Below are positions 1 to 12,486 of a DNA stretch of 64,000 nt, in pieces. Under the pieces are notes generated by a model. The model was not told where the DNA came from and ran no database searches. It saw nothing but the letters and a program-made list of their open reading frames with translations. The stretch is taken from assembly GCA_951406725.2 (NCBI GenBank), contig OX597821.1:14322001-14386000 (forward strand), given 5' to 3'. This DNA comes from Octopus vulgaris. Lineage: Eukaryota. A program made the translations under genes and the position numbers. The first letter of the stretch is position 1, and every line of letters starts with the position of its first letter.

Positions 1-1184
1 TAGAAGAAAAATGAAAAAAAATTCTTAAATATGTGATATCAATTCAATCTGCTTTAGGGAACATTTAATTTTATTAAGAGGAAGTGTTGGTAATGTTAAT
101 CAGTGTTGATAATAATATGAGACAAATGGATAACATTCGGAAAACTTAGCAAACTTCGTTAACATTAACCAAGCCAAAAATTGAAACTTGAAGTGAGATA
201 TGTTCCTGCAACAAGTCTAGGAAAAACAATTTGTCCAAACTGTGCCAGTATGGAAAGCAGATGTGAAATGATGATGATGATGATGAAGACAATATTGACA
301 GTAATGATGAAGGTGATAACAATGAGTGACATGATGATGATGATGATGATGATGGTAACAGTAATTATGTTGCTTATGATGATGATGACAATCGTGATGA
401 CGATGATATCTTCTTAAAAAGAAGAATTTGCTTTTTTACATTAGACGTCTTGTGTTTTTATGTACCGTTAATCTCATTTAGTCACCCTTGCCTCAAACAT
501 ATTTTACCAACAGATAATTTTGAAAATATTTCTAAATGGCAGTGCCCCAGCATGGCCACAGCTCATTAGCTGAAACTGGAAAAATCAAAAAAATCAAAAA
601 TCATATACTCAAATATATTTTTTTTAAAGGCTTAAACGAAAAAATTTGTACAATAGCTTTTGAATCTAAGTTTCTAAAATTTTTCCTAATTTGCATTTTC
701 AGTATCAGTCAAAGCTAAAAGATAACACACACACACACATACATACACACACACATACACACACACACACATTTATATATACGTGAGGGTGGGATGAAAA
801 GTTCATAGGCTTATTATGAAGGAGAGATACTAGAGCTGTGAAATCTTGCATGCGTTAATTTCAACCCTTTTTAATAATAACTGCATTGTTTCTTTGAAGA
901 TAAACTGACATTTGACTGTTCAAAGAAGACTTCAAAAGTAACTAGTAGTGACTTCTCTTGAAAATGGACAGAATTTGCCATTGTGTTGACATGTCTCCTA
1001 CATTATGAGATGATACTCCAGCTTTATCAACAGTGGGTAGCTGAATTTAGGAATGGATGGGAGAATCTTGAACTGGTTGATCATCTTCCCTGTTCTTCTG
1101 ATTTGGTCCCATTTGACAAGCATTTGTTCCCAAAGATGAAAATATTCTTGGGCAGGAACCAGTATTGCAGTAATGAAGATGTCA

Positions 1185-1741
1185 TCTCTATATCTATAAA
1201 AAGCAAAATGTCTGTGTATCTGGGTGCCCTTTATACAAATCCACAGTTTTTCATGTAAAGGGCTTGAATTTTCTATGGGCTTTCAAAACTGTCTGAGGGT
1301 GGTTGTGAAAATCTTTTCATTTCCCCAGTCACCCCAGAAAGCCATTAAAAAAATCAATAAACTGACCCCTTATGCTCATAAATTATGGGCATATCCATTC
1401 AAAATCGCCAGAACAGGAATTTGTATGTGGTGCGTGCATACAGCTAGATACGCCAATAGACTGCCAGCTGTTTTTTGATTGGACGGAGATAGTTTTACCC
1501 TTGACAGTTGAATGCACGTGCGCATTTGCAGACAGTTTGTATGACTCAGTGCATTTTTGTGTTTTGTGAAGATGTGTTATCATGTGTTTTGGCTTTCAAA
1601 CGTGCACACTTTTTTGATTTGAGAAATGCAGGGAATAATTAACGAGCTAGACCAAGTGAATGACAAGAGAGCGGGATTTTCATGAAAGACCAGATATGCT
1701 TGACTAACACTAGACCCGGCAACACCGGGTCATAGTGCTAG
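1185..1741 (+). mobile_element. Non-autonomous Helitron
   Basis: 5' A^TC at 1184/1185; subterminal hairpin GACCCGG-caaca-CCGGGTC (1713-1731); 3' CTAG^T at 1738-1742; no TSD. Confidence 0.85.
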
Positions 1742-1750
1742 TATCTACTA

Positions 1751-2159
1751 TTACTCTTTACTCTTTTTACTCTTACTTGTTTCAGTCATTTGACTGTGGC
1801 CATGCTGGAGCACCGCCTTCAGTCGAGCAACTCGACCCCAGGACTTATTCTTTTTGTAAGCCCAGTACTTATTCTATCGGTCTCTTTTGCCGAAACCGCT
1901 AAGTTATGGGGACGTAAACACACCAGCATCGGTTGTCAAGCGATGTTCTGGGGACAAACACAGACAGACACACACACATATATATATACATATATACGAC
2001 AGGTTTCTTTCAGTTTCCGTCTACCAAATCCACTCACAAGGCATTGGTCAGGCCTGGGGCTATAGCAGAAGACACTTGCCCAAGATGCCACCCAGTGGGA
2101 CTGAACCCGGAACCATGTGGTTGGTAAGCAAGCTACTTACCACACAGCCACTCCTGCGC
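1751..2159 (-). mobile_element. tRNA-derived SINE, family A
   Basis: Head with A-box TGGCTGTGTGG and B-box GGTTCAGTCC, CORE-like CTTGGGCAAGTGTCTT, central (TA/CA)n, tail (GTAAAAGA)n; many near-identical copies in the window. Confidence 0.9.
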
Positions 2160-2760
2160 TATTTTTTTTACCTAGATGCTGAAAGCTTCTTCCCCATGTA
2201 TGTATGTATGTATGTATGTATGTATGTATGTATGCATGTATGCATGTATGTATGTATGTATGTATGTATGTATGTATGTATGTATGTATGTGTGTGTGTG
2301 TATACATGTGTGGGTATGTGTGTGTGCACTAGGAGTCAATTTCCTTGAATGACACCCTCTTCACAAAATATCAGACCTTGAGCCTTCGTTGGAAACAAAG
2401 AAACAATTATCTACTTAATGTACTGTAATTTCATTATCGACATTGTCGGCATCTTCATCGGCTTTGTCATTGTCATCATTTTACTGTCCACTTTTCCATG
2501 CTAGCACGTGCCAAATGGAATTAGCAGAGATTGATTCTTCAGTGTACATCACAGAAAAGTAATAAAGCTTTCTTCATGCAAAGGAGGTATAGATAAACAT
2601 ATATAAATTATTCAATACATCAGCTTTAACAAGCCTTAATCTTGAGTTGGAGATTTTGAAATATGCTATTCAGCATACTTTGATTGTCTTCAATAATCAT
2701 TGTCATGATGAGAAACGAAATCCATATAAATAGTTTCAGCTGGAATATATTATATTCATA

Positions 2761-2990
2761 AGGTGGCGAGCTGGCAGAAACGTTAGCACGCCGGGCGAAA
2801 TGCGTAGCCGTGTTTCGTCTGCCGTTACGTTCTGAGTTCAATTTCTGCCGAGGTCGACTTTGCCTTTCATCCTTTCGGGGTCGATAAATTAAGTACCAGT
2901 TACGCACTGGGGTCGATGTAATCGACTTAATCCGTTTGTCTGTCCTTGTTTATCCCCTCTGTGTTTAGCCCCTTGTGGGTAGTAAAGAAA
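2761..2990 (+). mobile_element. SINE, family B
   Basis: GGCGAGCTGGCAGAAACGTTAGC head, GAGTTCAA B-box, conserved GCCTTTCATCCTTTCGGGGTCGATAAA central domain; multicopy. Confidence 0.88.
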
Positions 2991-3879
2991 TATATATTAT
3001 ATTCATTCAAACATTTACACCATCATCTAGCCACAGTCAGACTTGTTTAAGTGGTGAACGAGTAGAGTCAGTGCAGTGGAAAGAATACTTTGTGGCAATT
3101 ATTCGAATTCACTGTGTTCTGAGTTCAAATCCTTCTGAGGTCAAATTTGACTTTCATCCTTTCAGAGTCAATCAAAAAATATCAATGCAAAGTGTGAGAT
3201 TGGTGAGATTGTAGGAACAATGGACTGAATGCCAAGCTGTATTTATTCTAGATATTTATGTTTTGAGTTCAAAATGCACAAAGACCTACATGGGTAGCAG
3301 ACTTAATATGTCATCAGATATAACACCACAACCACCTGCTGTCTTGGGGGCCTTTAACTAAGTCCATTTTGTTACATGCATTTAGGGAAAGTCCCCTTCT
3401 TCCCACCCTTCCATCAGTCTTAGTGGCCCTGTAATGGGTCATAGGACTGCTATCCTTCCTGACTAAAAGATACAAGAACAAAAACATTCAGTAATTAGCT
3501 CTTTCTGTCAATCTGTTAAAACCTCAATGCTGACTTAGTATAGTGCTACTCACTGATGATTAGAGGATATGATATATTGCACACAATTCCTACATGTCAA
3601 TAAATTAAATGTTATTGCTAATCACTGACCAGGGAAATAAATAAGAAAATTTTCTCCCATTAAATGTTCTTTTATACAAATTTCAGTTGAGAGGAATGCA
3701 GTTAATATTATCAGTTACAAATATACAAAGCAAACTTCTATTAACTGCCAATCAACATAAATTAATATATAAAAGAAAGTTACGAATTATATATATAAGA
3801 AGGCGACGTATTCATGAACTCTTGTTTACACATTAATTATATCTGTTATGGTTGCACCAATTAAGAAACTAAAGCTGTT

Positions 3880-4112
3880 TGTGGTGAGCTGGCAGAAACG
3901 TTAGTGCACCGGGCGAAATGTTTAACTCTGTTTCATCTACCATTATTTTCTGAGTTCAAATTCCGCCGAGGTTGACTTTGCCTTTCATCCTTTCGGGGTC
4001 AATTAAATAAGTACCAGTTATGCACTGGGGTCGATGTTATCGACTTAATCCCTTTGTCTGTCCTTGTTTGTCCCTTCTATGTTTAGCCCCTTATGGGCAA
4101 TAAAGAAATAAA
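3880..4112 (+). mobile_element. SINE, family B
   Basis: Colinear with 2761-2990. Confidence 0.85.
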
Positions 4113-4705
4113 TATTGTTGGAAAATTTGGCAAATATAGAAGTGAACTTGTTAGAATTTGTTAAGGTAATGTATGGTATGGAAAACTATTCTAATCCATA
4201 GAAAACAAACAAACAAACATTAACCCTTTAGTGTTTAAACCGGCCATATCCGGCCCAAATATTCTACATGTTTTATATTCAAATTGGCCATATCCAGCCT
4301 CTCACACCTAACCTACAGTGACATTCTAAAAATAAACAATCATATCATTGAAACCTTAAAGCTATGACATAATGCATGATTAATTCAAAACAATTTGAGT
4401 GAAAAAGTATTACAATTAATAGAGAAATTTGAACACCAAAGGGTTAAAGCAATGATATGATAACAATGATGATAAAGATTGGACAACTAAGTAGGAATTG
4501 TGGATATGGTAAATCTAGTAAAAGAAACATTTGATCTGGGTCCAGAATTTCATTGGGGAATGAGAAAAGACTTTTGTATTACATACATGCCAGTGCTATG
4601 TGAAAAGTACCCAGCACACTCTGTAAAGTGGTTGGCATTAGGAAGGGCATCCAGCTGTAGAAACAAAGCTAAATAAGACTGGAACCTGGTGCAGCTCTCC
4701 TGCTA
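4113..4705 (+). repeat. Local direct duplication, copy 1 (copy 2 at ~6650-7017)
   Basis: GTTAGAATTTGT..TTCTAATCCATAGAAAACAAAC..TTTGATCTGGGTCCAGAATTTCA shared by both copies; copy 1 carries the MITE at 4224-4443. Confidence 0.85.
4224..4443. mobile_element. piggyBac-type MITE
   Basis: TTAA|CCCTTT...AAAGGG|TTAA; the paralogous empty site at ~6762 has a single TTAA. Confidence 0.9.
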
Positions 4706-4739
4706 TCCACAAAGAAACCTGTTTATAAAGCTTTGTTAA

Positions 4740-5335
4740 TATTCAGCACAAAAAGGGCAGCTAACTGGAAGAATTGTTACCACACTGGGCAAAAATGCAT
4801 AGTGGCGTTTTGTTTGTCTTTATGTTCTGAGTTCAAATTCTGCCACAGTCCACTTTGCCTTTTATTCCTTTTGGAGTCAATAAAATAAGTACCAGCCAGC
4901 TGATCACTGGGGTTGATTTAACTGACTTAACCTTTCCCCCAAACCTATTGGCCTTGTACCAAAATTTAAAGACAATATTCAGCACAAAATGGGCAGTGAG
5001 CAGGCAGAATCATTACTGGGCAAAACACCTAAGCATTATTTCGCCTGTCTTTACATTCTAAGTTCAAATTCTGCTGAGGTTGACTTTGCGTTTCATTCTT
5101 TTGGGGTTGATGAAATATGTACAAGTTGAATACTGGGGTTGATTTAATCATCTCATACCACACCACCCAAACTCGCCAGCTTTGTACCAAAATTTGAGAC
5201 CAATATATCATCACAAAAAATGGTAGTAAAACGACAGAATTTTTAAAGTGCCAAAAAAGAAAAAGAAATACAATATGGTATTTGTTCTAGCTCTCTGCAT
5301 TCTGAGTTCAAATTCCACTTAACTCAGCAGTGTTA
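4740..5335 (+). repeat. Tandem array of about three old family-B-like SINE units (~235 bp period)
   Basis: Units start near 4740, 4976 and 5206 with TATTCAGCACAAAA-like leader and each contains TTCT(G/A)AGTTCAAATTC. Confidence 0.65.
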
Positions 5336-6899
5336 TTAAGAAATAAATCAATATTACAGAGAAAATCTTAGTTCTAATTTCATGAAACACAATTAGGTGT
5401 AGACACAAAGTGATTAAGTACCACATGGTTCTTCCCACCACATGGTTTCAGGTTCAATTTCACTGTGGGGCATCTTGGGTAAGTGTCTGATGCTATCACC
5501 CCAAGATGACCAAGGCCTTGTAAGTAGATTTGGTCGATAGAAATGGCAAAAGTCTCTCATATGTATATGTGTGTTTGTGAATGCATGTGTGTGTAGCTTC
5601 TGGTCTTGACATAATATAATAGTTGTCGACAAATGTCACTATGATAAAGAGGTGTCATTTGTTTGGAATCTTTCATGATAACACGTCTGGCCATAGTATG
5701 AAGGACTAAAGAGAGATATTATTTTGCCTGGAAACAAGATTGGCTTGAGAAAGGGCATCATCTAGTCATAGGTAAGTGCCTTGACATATTTCGTCTGAAC
5801 CACGCCAGCGTGAAAAAGTAAATGTCAAAACAACAATGACAAGGAGGATGACAAATATATCTCATAGAAAGACAAATACCTATGAATGTACAACTTTTAA
5901 AACCCATATTAGGGGGTGGACTAAGTGTGTTGTCCAGTTCAACACTTCCAGCTTTCCCTTGGGTATCTTTAGTGAGGTGTTCTCTTGCAAGCATTGCTGC
6001 ATGGTCTTTAATCTAAGCATAACTTCCTTTCACCTATCACAGGCAGGACCGCTGATAGAAACTTTACAAAATGGAACAAGACTGGATTAATGCCCTCTGC
6101 GGTGGGGAACACTACGCAAAATTTAAAGGGACTGAATAAAGTTATTTTCCTTTTTGATAGTGGAAGGGCTACTTCAGATAATTCATAGGCTCCTCCTTGG
6201 ATCTTCAATTCCAGAATGATGTACCCTTTCAAACTTACTCAACCTGGATACAAAGTCCCTGTAAAGGGCCATAACTGCTTTCTTTTCCTGTCTAAGTCAT
6301 TATAAAAATAAAAAAAAAACAAAACCAAATGCTAACAATGGAGAAAAACTGACCCTTTTATAGATGATTACTAATGGTTGTTTTCATCACTTTTCTTGTG
6401 GAGGAATAATAATACATTTGCATGGAATGTTACTGATGCACCAGCAGTGTTTATTTTCCATACTAAATTTTCCTATATGGTGTATTCATAGATTTTAGCT
6501 GTCTAGCATCTAATAAATTTAATTAATTTATAAATGCAGTGAATACACTCCATTGAATACAATCTATGAATACACTTCATTGTAGAATCTAGTTTCATGG
6601 ACTAAACAGTTCAATACTTACATTGTAGGCTGATAGATTCCTAAAGTAGTATTGTTGAAAAGTTTTGATGAAGATAGAAGTGAATTTGTTAGAATTTGTC
6701 AAGGTGATTTATGGTATGGCAGACCATTCTAATCCATAGAAAACAAACAAACAAACAAACATTAAAGCAATGATGACAATGATAATGAAGATTGGACAAC
6801 TAAGCAAGAATTGTGGATATTGTAAGTCTACCAAAAACAATATTTGATCTGGGTCCAGAATTTCAGTGGGGAATAAGAAAAGACTTTGGTATTATATAC

Positions 6900-7083
6900 A
6901 TGTTGGTACCACATGAAAAGCACCCAGAACACTTTGTAAAGTGGTTGGCATTAGGAAGGGCATCCAGCTGCAGAAACGAAGCCAAATCAGATTGGAACCT
7001 GGTGCAGCTCTCCTGCTCTGGTCAAACTGTCCAACCCATGCTAAGATGGAAAATGGACGTTAAATGATGATGATGATGATGAT
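6900..7083 (+). mobile_element. Retroposon family E 3' end with (GAT)n tail
   Basis: GTGGTTGGCATTAGGAAGGGCATCCAGCTG...CCAACCCATGCTA...GGACGTTAAA(TGA)n; multicopy. Confidence 0.8.
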
Positions 7084-7518
7084 ATGTTATATACTAATTT
7101 AGAAATTGTTTTATATTTATAAAGTGATTGATAGTTACTTCATTAACTATTTCAGCAGTTAGTTTACACTTATGAAGAATGAAGAATCAAACTGAATATC
7201 ACAAGGAAAATAATCTATGCTATGTCTTTGTTTAACGTACAACATAGCATTGGCAAATATTTGATAAAATCAGCATGTATTAACGCTATTAATATTGACG
7301 GAGTTTCTCAGTTTTAATTAAGTTTTCAAATTAATGTTTACTTTTATAAATTAAATATCAATTTTATGACTTGCAGTCATGACTGAGTGATTGAGAAGTT
7401 TGTTTTTCCATCATGTGATTTCAAGGACAGTCCAGTCTCACTGTTGGTACCTTGAGCAAGTGTCTTTAAAGACCAACCAAAGCTTTGTAAATGGATTTAG
7501 TTGACAGAAACTGAAAGA

Positions 7519-7752
7519 AGGCAGCGAGCTGGCAGAAATGTTAGCATGCTGGACGAAATGCAGTATTTCATCTGCTGTTACATTCTGAGTTCAAACTCTG
7601 CCGAGGTCGACTTTGCCTTTCATCCTTTCATGGTTGATAAATAAAGTACCAGTTATACACTGGGGTCAATGTAATCGACTTAATCTCTTTGTCTGTCCTT
7701 GTTTGTCCCCTCTATGTTTAGCTCTTTGTGGGCAATAAGGAAAAAAGAAATA
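7519..7752 (+). mobile_element. SINE family B inserted in an older family A SINE (~7375-8000)
   Basis: 15-bp duplication AGAAACTGAAAGAAG at 7506-7520 and 7753-7767. Confidence 0.88.
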
Positions 7753-8403
7753 AGAAACTGAAAGAAGCCTGTCATCTATGTGTGTGTGTATGCATGTGTG
7801 TGTGTATATGCATTTATATATATCTGCATGTGTGTATCTTTGTGCTTATCTCCCAACACCAGTTGACAACCAGTGTTGGTGTGTTTATGTCCCTGTAACT
7901 TAGCAGTTTGGCAAAAGAGAGCAATAGAACAAGTACTAGGCTTTAAAAAAGAAAATCCAGAGGTTGATCTGTTTGACTAAAACTTTTAATTGCCACAGTC
8001 ATATATATATATATACATGTAAATTTATATATACACACACATACACATAAAAATGCATGTCTTTATATTCACACTGAGCCAAAAATCACTGAGCCGCAAT
8101 CAATACCAATGTCATTTCCCCTGTCAATAAATTATCTTCATAAACAAATAGATGAAATGGTCCATAACTTGAGAAATAAGTAAAGGCTTGGTGACAGGAA
8201 AGGCCTTCAGCTGTAAAAATAATGCCTCAATAATATATTCACCTAACCCATGCTAGCATAGTAAATCAGACATAAAAGCACACAGACGATAAATGAACAA
8301 ACTTCACAATGACCCCTATATCTCACATTTGGTCTATTAAATTCTACAGCCTATATTGTGAGATTGACAAAGATGTTATTATTATTAATAATAATAATAA
8401 TTA

Positions 8404-8443
<40 letters not shown>

Positions 8444-8446
<3 letters not shown>

Positions 8447-9000
8447 GCCCTGATGCAGTACCAGACAGTGGCTCTCATGGCTTCTGATCTTAACTGATTG
8501 GAAGTGTTATCATGTACATTGTTTTGTCTTGGTATAAAAGATGGGCTACAACAAATATTCTGCTCAATACCACAGATTTGCTTGTCAGTTGTTTAACTTT
8601 AACCAGTTGAGCATGTCCCTTAGTGGCTGATGATATGTGCATCTCTGATCACGAGCAGAAATAGTGGGGGAGCATCATAGCCATGTGTTGAGAGGGATTC
8701 TTTGGGGTTTGAATAATTCACCTCTGGAAACATGGGTGGTTCTTTCAACATCCTTAAACAACCCTTATTCAGGGATCTTTTGAGCGGGATGGGCTACTCA
8801 ACCTGAAGAAAATTCTAACTGGGCCTCACCTGCAAGGTCATGTGCTGTTTATCTTGATATGAGATCACCATGTCACGCACATATGGTTGTGATGCATGTG
8901 CCTGGTGTACCCTTATCAGACGGGTAGTCATGATGGGTATACTGGGCTTCGTATATTTTACCCCAGTGTCACTTTGATGGCATAAACTGCTCTCTCACTC
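8444..9000. mobile_element. Non-coding interspersed element inserted in a (TAA)n array
   Basis: GC-richer ~560 bp block bounded sharply by (TAA)n on both sides; no long ORF. Recalled as a common octopus repeat but only one copy here. Confidence 0.55.
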
Positions 9001-9050
<50 letters not shown>

Positions 9051-9071
9051 TAATAATAATAATAATAATAA

Positions 9072-9903
9072 TTGAGAGTGCTCATGAATTCCAATCATGA
9101 ATAACCAACAAGAGAGAAGAAACCCTACTCCATATGGAATTACTTGGTCAGTTCCACCATGAACTAACAAATTAAAAGACCAGGAAGCTTCATGCAGGTG
9201 GCTCAGCAAGGGTGACTTAGAAAAGAAGACTGAAAGCCTAATCATCACTGCCTAAGACCAGGCATTAAATACTAACTCAGTGAAAAGAGACCACACAGAC
9301 ACGACAAGGTAGCCCAAAACCTGCACTGGCTTCTATGCTGGAAGTATGGATATGAGGTAACGGATGCTTGGTACCAACATACACAGGAAAAGGTACTGGA
9401 TGTAAAGGGGAAGGTAAAAATCCTCTGGGTCTTTGACTTCTAAGCAGAGAAAGTGTTAGAACACTGACAATTGGATATAGCAACCTTTAGGAAGGACAAA
9501 CAAAAGTGTCTAATAATTGATATGGCAGGGCCAAAAGATCAACATATTATCATGAAAGAAAGAGAAAAGATTGATAACTATGGAACCTGAGAATTGAAAT
9601 CACAAAGATGTGGAAGCTACAAGAGCCAAAAATAAAGGTTGTCCCTGTTTGGTATCAGTGCATTGGGTTCAATACCACCCAAGCTGAAGAAACATCTGGA
9701 AAGTTTAGAAATACCCTACAATCTTGGTGTATTGCAAAATTCGGCATTACTTGGAACTGCATGCATATTACATAAAGTCCTGTCTGTCTGATGTCCTTGT
9801 TGTGACTTGACAACCCCCACTACCAGTAGACACAATATCTTCAATCAAAAACATCATGGTTGTGGATGCTGTGTGACGTTTTAAACAATAAAAATAATAA
9901 CAA
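9072..9903 (+). mobile_element. 5'-truncated, degenerate R4/Dong-clade LINE (C-terminal restriction-like endonuclease region)
   Basis: Frameshifted translation WLSKGDLEKKTESLIITA*DQALNTN ... LDIATFRKDKQKCLIIDMAGPKDQHIIMKEREKIDNY ... ISALGSIPPKLKKHLESLEIPYNLGVLQNSALLGTACILHKVL; starts right after (AAT)n and ends in an AAT-rich tail. Confidence 0.85.
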
Positions 9904-10262
9904 GAGCATTCAGAGAGTGCAAACCTTCACCAAGGCAACACCAACGCCCTCTCAACGGTTGATTTTTAAAATGAGAATATCTGAAATAAACTCAACTACT
10001 CTCGCAAATGAGAATGCTAAAAATGAACCTGACCACTCTCAAATATTAAGTAACAAAAAAAAAAGGAAAAAAAGAATCTAGAATCCTTGTCCAGTACCAG
10101 ATTGATCCCAAAATATAATTGGTTCATCCAGTCGTGAGGTCAAACATCCCTGAAAGTTTCATCCGAATCCATCCAGCAGTTCTTGATCTTGTCCATGGAC
10201 AAACAAACAAACAAACACAACTGAAAATGATAGCTCCACCTTAGCAAAGGTGGAGGTAATAA
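9900..10262 (+). mobile_element. DINE-1/Helentron-associated-like non-autonomous element
   Basis: 3' hairpin CTCCACCTT-agca-AAGGTGGAG (10234-10255), subterminal inverted match ACCTTCACC (~9923) to GGTGGAGGT, adjacent (ACAA)n. Confidence 0.55.
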
Positions 10263-10783
10263 TACCCAGAAATATTTGGCTAGCTAAGCTAATAATCCTA
10301 ACTATTTTGTTGCAATGGATTAGCCTCTATGTAGTCCCTCAACTTGAGAGAAATAATCCCCAAATCTCCTTCAAGCGACAACCTACTATTCAAAGGGGGA
10401 AGAAAAAAAACAGAAGTTGGACACAGGATAATATAATCCTAGACACCTGAAGAAAGATGGAATGTTCTTCACTGAAATACTTTTCATTATTGGTCTGCCC
10501 ACTGCCCTGACAGCATATAACTAATTTTGAAATATAAGCTTTTATATAACTCTATATGTGGTTGAAACTAGATTTCATGAATATCTTCATAATGTACATA
10601 ATAATACACAAGCAATGTCAAAACCTGCAGCTTGACATTCTAATATACCATACCATTCCTTTATGTGTTTCTGTATGGGGAGTTAGCCAAGCACATGGCT
10701 CAACCTGCATCTGAACTCAAAGAGGAGAACATAATCTTTACTCTTTCTCACCCACTGTCTGACATTCTCCTTGCCTATACCTT

Positions 10784-10842
<59 letters not shown>

Positions 10843-10852
10843 TATATATATA

Positions 10853-11105
10853 AAATGCACCCTTTTTAAAGCCTAGCCAGGCTCATGGGCCTGGTTTCTC
10901 AGTTTCAATGGCGTATGTGTTCCCCAGCTGGATGGGACACCAGTCCATTGCAGCGTTACTCATTTTTCCCAGCTGGGTGGACTGGAGTAATGTGAAATGA
11001 AGTGTTTTGCTCAACAACACAACACATTGCCCGGTCCAGGAATCGAAACCACAATCTTACAATCATGGTGCTGACACTCTAACCACTAAGCCATGCTCCT
11101 CCACC
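10853..11105 (-). mobile_element. tRNA-derived SINE, family D
   Basis: Reverse complement of 17292-17553. Confidence 0.85.
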
Positions 11106-11333
11106 ATATATATATATATATATTATATGTATGCATTTATTTCCATTACTGCTGTTTAGCCCTAAAAAAGTAAAGGTAAAGTTACCTTCTCAAGTCATAT
11201 CAACTGATAAGGGCTGGTTTCCTGGTTTCCGTGGCATATATGTTCCCCACCTAGATGGGATGCCAGTTGATCACAGAATTACTCACCTTTTGCCAGCTGA
11301 GTGGACTGGTGCAATGTAAAATGAAGTGTTTTC

Positions 11334-11746
11334 GGAGTGGCTGTGTGGTAAGTAGCTTGCTTACCAACCACATGGTTCTGGGTTCAGTCCTACTGTGTGG
11401 CACCTTGGGCAAGTGTCTTCTACTATAGCCTCGGGCTGACCAAAGCCTTGTGAGTGGATTTGGTAGACAGAAACTGAAAGAAGTTCGTCGTATATATGTA
11501 TGTATATATATATATGTATGATATGTGTGTATATGTTTGTGTGTCTGTGTTTGTTCTCCCAACATCGCTTGACAACCGATGCTGGTGTGTTTACATCCAC
11601 GTAACTTAGCAGTTCGGCAAAAGAGACTGATAGAATAAGTACTAGGCTTACCAAGAATAAGTCCTGGAGTCGATTTGCTTGACTAAAGGCAGTGCTCCGG
11701 CATGGCCACAGTCAAATGACTGAAACAAGTAAAAGAGTAAAGAGTA
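11334..11746 (+). mobile_element. SINE family A nested in a minus-strand family-D-like SINE (~11165-11828)
   Basis: Full family A body; host sequence ATGAAGTGTTTT ... AACACAATG..CCGGTCCAGGAATTGAAACC continues on both sides. Confidence 0.88.
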
Positions 11747-12486
11747 ACACAATGTGTCAACCGGTCCAGGAATTGAAACCACGATCTTACGATCATGAGT
11801 TCAACACCCTAACCACTAACCCACACACCGCTTTCTTTAGCCCTAGGTCAGCAATGAGTGAGAAGACTTCTAGTGAAATACATTCCAGCAATGACAATCC
11901 TGTCTTTTGTACATTAAGGACTATGTTATTTGTTGGACCTTCCATTTTTATGACATTAAAGTTTGATTTTCAGACGATTTTATTCTTGTTTCTAACATGC
12001 TTGTGACATCATGAAGGACCTTACTTTTGTAGGTATAATGGATGTGTGGGTATGTATGTATATATATGCATATAGGCATATAGGTGTCTGTAAATATGTG
12101 TGTGTGTGTGTGGATGTAATTATGTCTATGCATGTGTATGTGTGAATGTGTATACATTCACATATGCAAATACATGTATGTATATATAATGGACTCTGCC
12201 AAAAGACCAGCACAAATGATTTGTTTATAGTGATCGAATCTATGTGCTGTACATTATTTTACTCTCTCCATCAAATCGTTTTTGCCTGAACAGGTGTACA
12301 TTGTACCATGCGGCAGGTATTGAAGTAATTGCAGCGCAATGTGAGATGAAGTGTTTTGCTCAAGTACACAATGCACTACCAGGTCTAAGAATTGAAAACA
12401 TGATCTCACGATTGTGAGTGCAACAACCTAACTACTAGGCCAAGTGTGTATACATATATATATATATTTGTATATATATATCATTA

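Larger units (their letters stand above)
782..2195 (+). mobile_element. Internally deleted mariner (Tc1/mariner) relic, interrupted by a Helitron (1185-1741) and a SINE (1751-2159)
   Basis: TIR-like start TGAGGG..GAAAAGTTCATAGGCT after TA. ORF 983-1184 reads QQWVAEFRNGWENLE (HTH-like region) fused to DHLPCSSDLVPFDKHLFPKMKIFLG, a degenerate form of the mariner HPPYSPDLAPSDFHLF motif. Similar sequence resumes after the inserts (FFYLDAESFF, ~2160-2195). Confidence 0.75.

Noticed and set aside
4740-5335. CRISPR-like or functional repeat array
   Set aside because: Units are long diverged SINE copies with no repeat-spacer structure; eukaryotic context.
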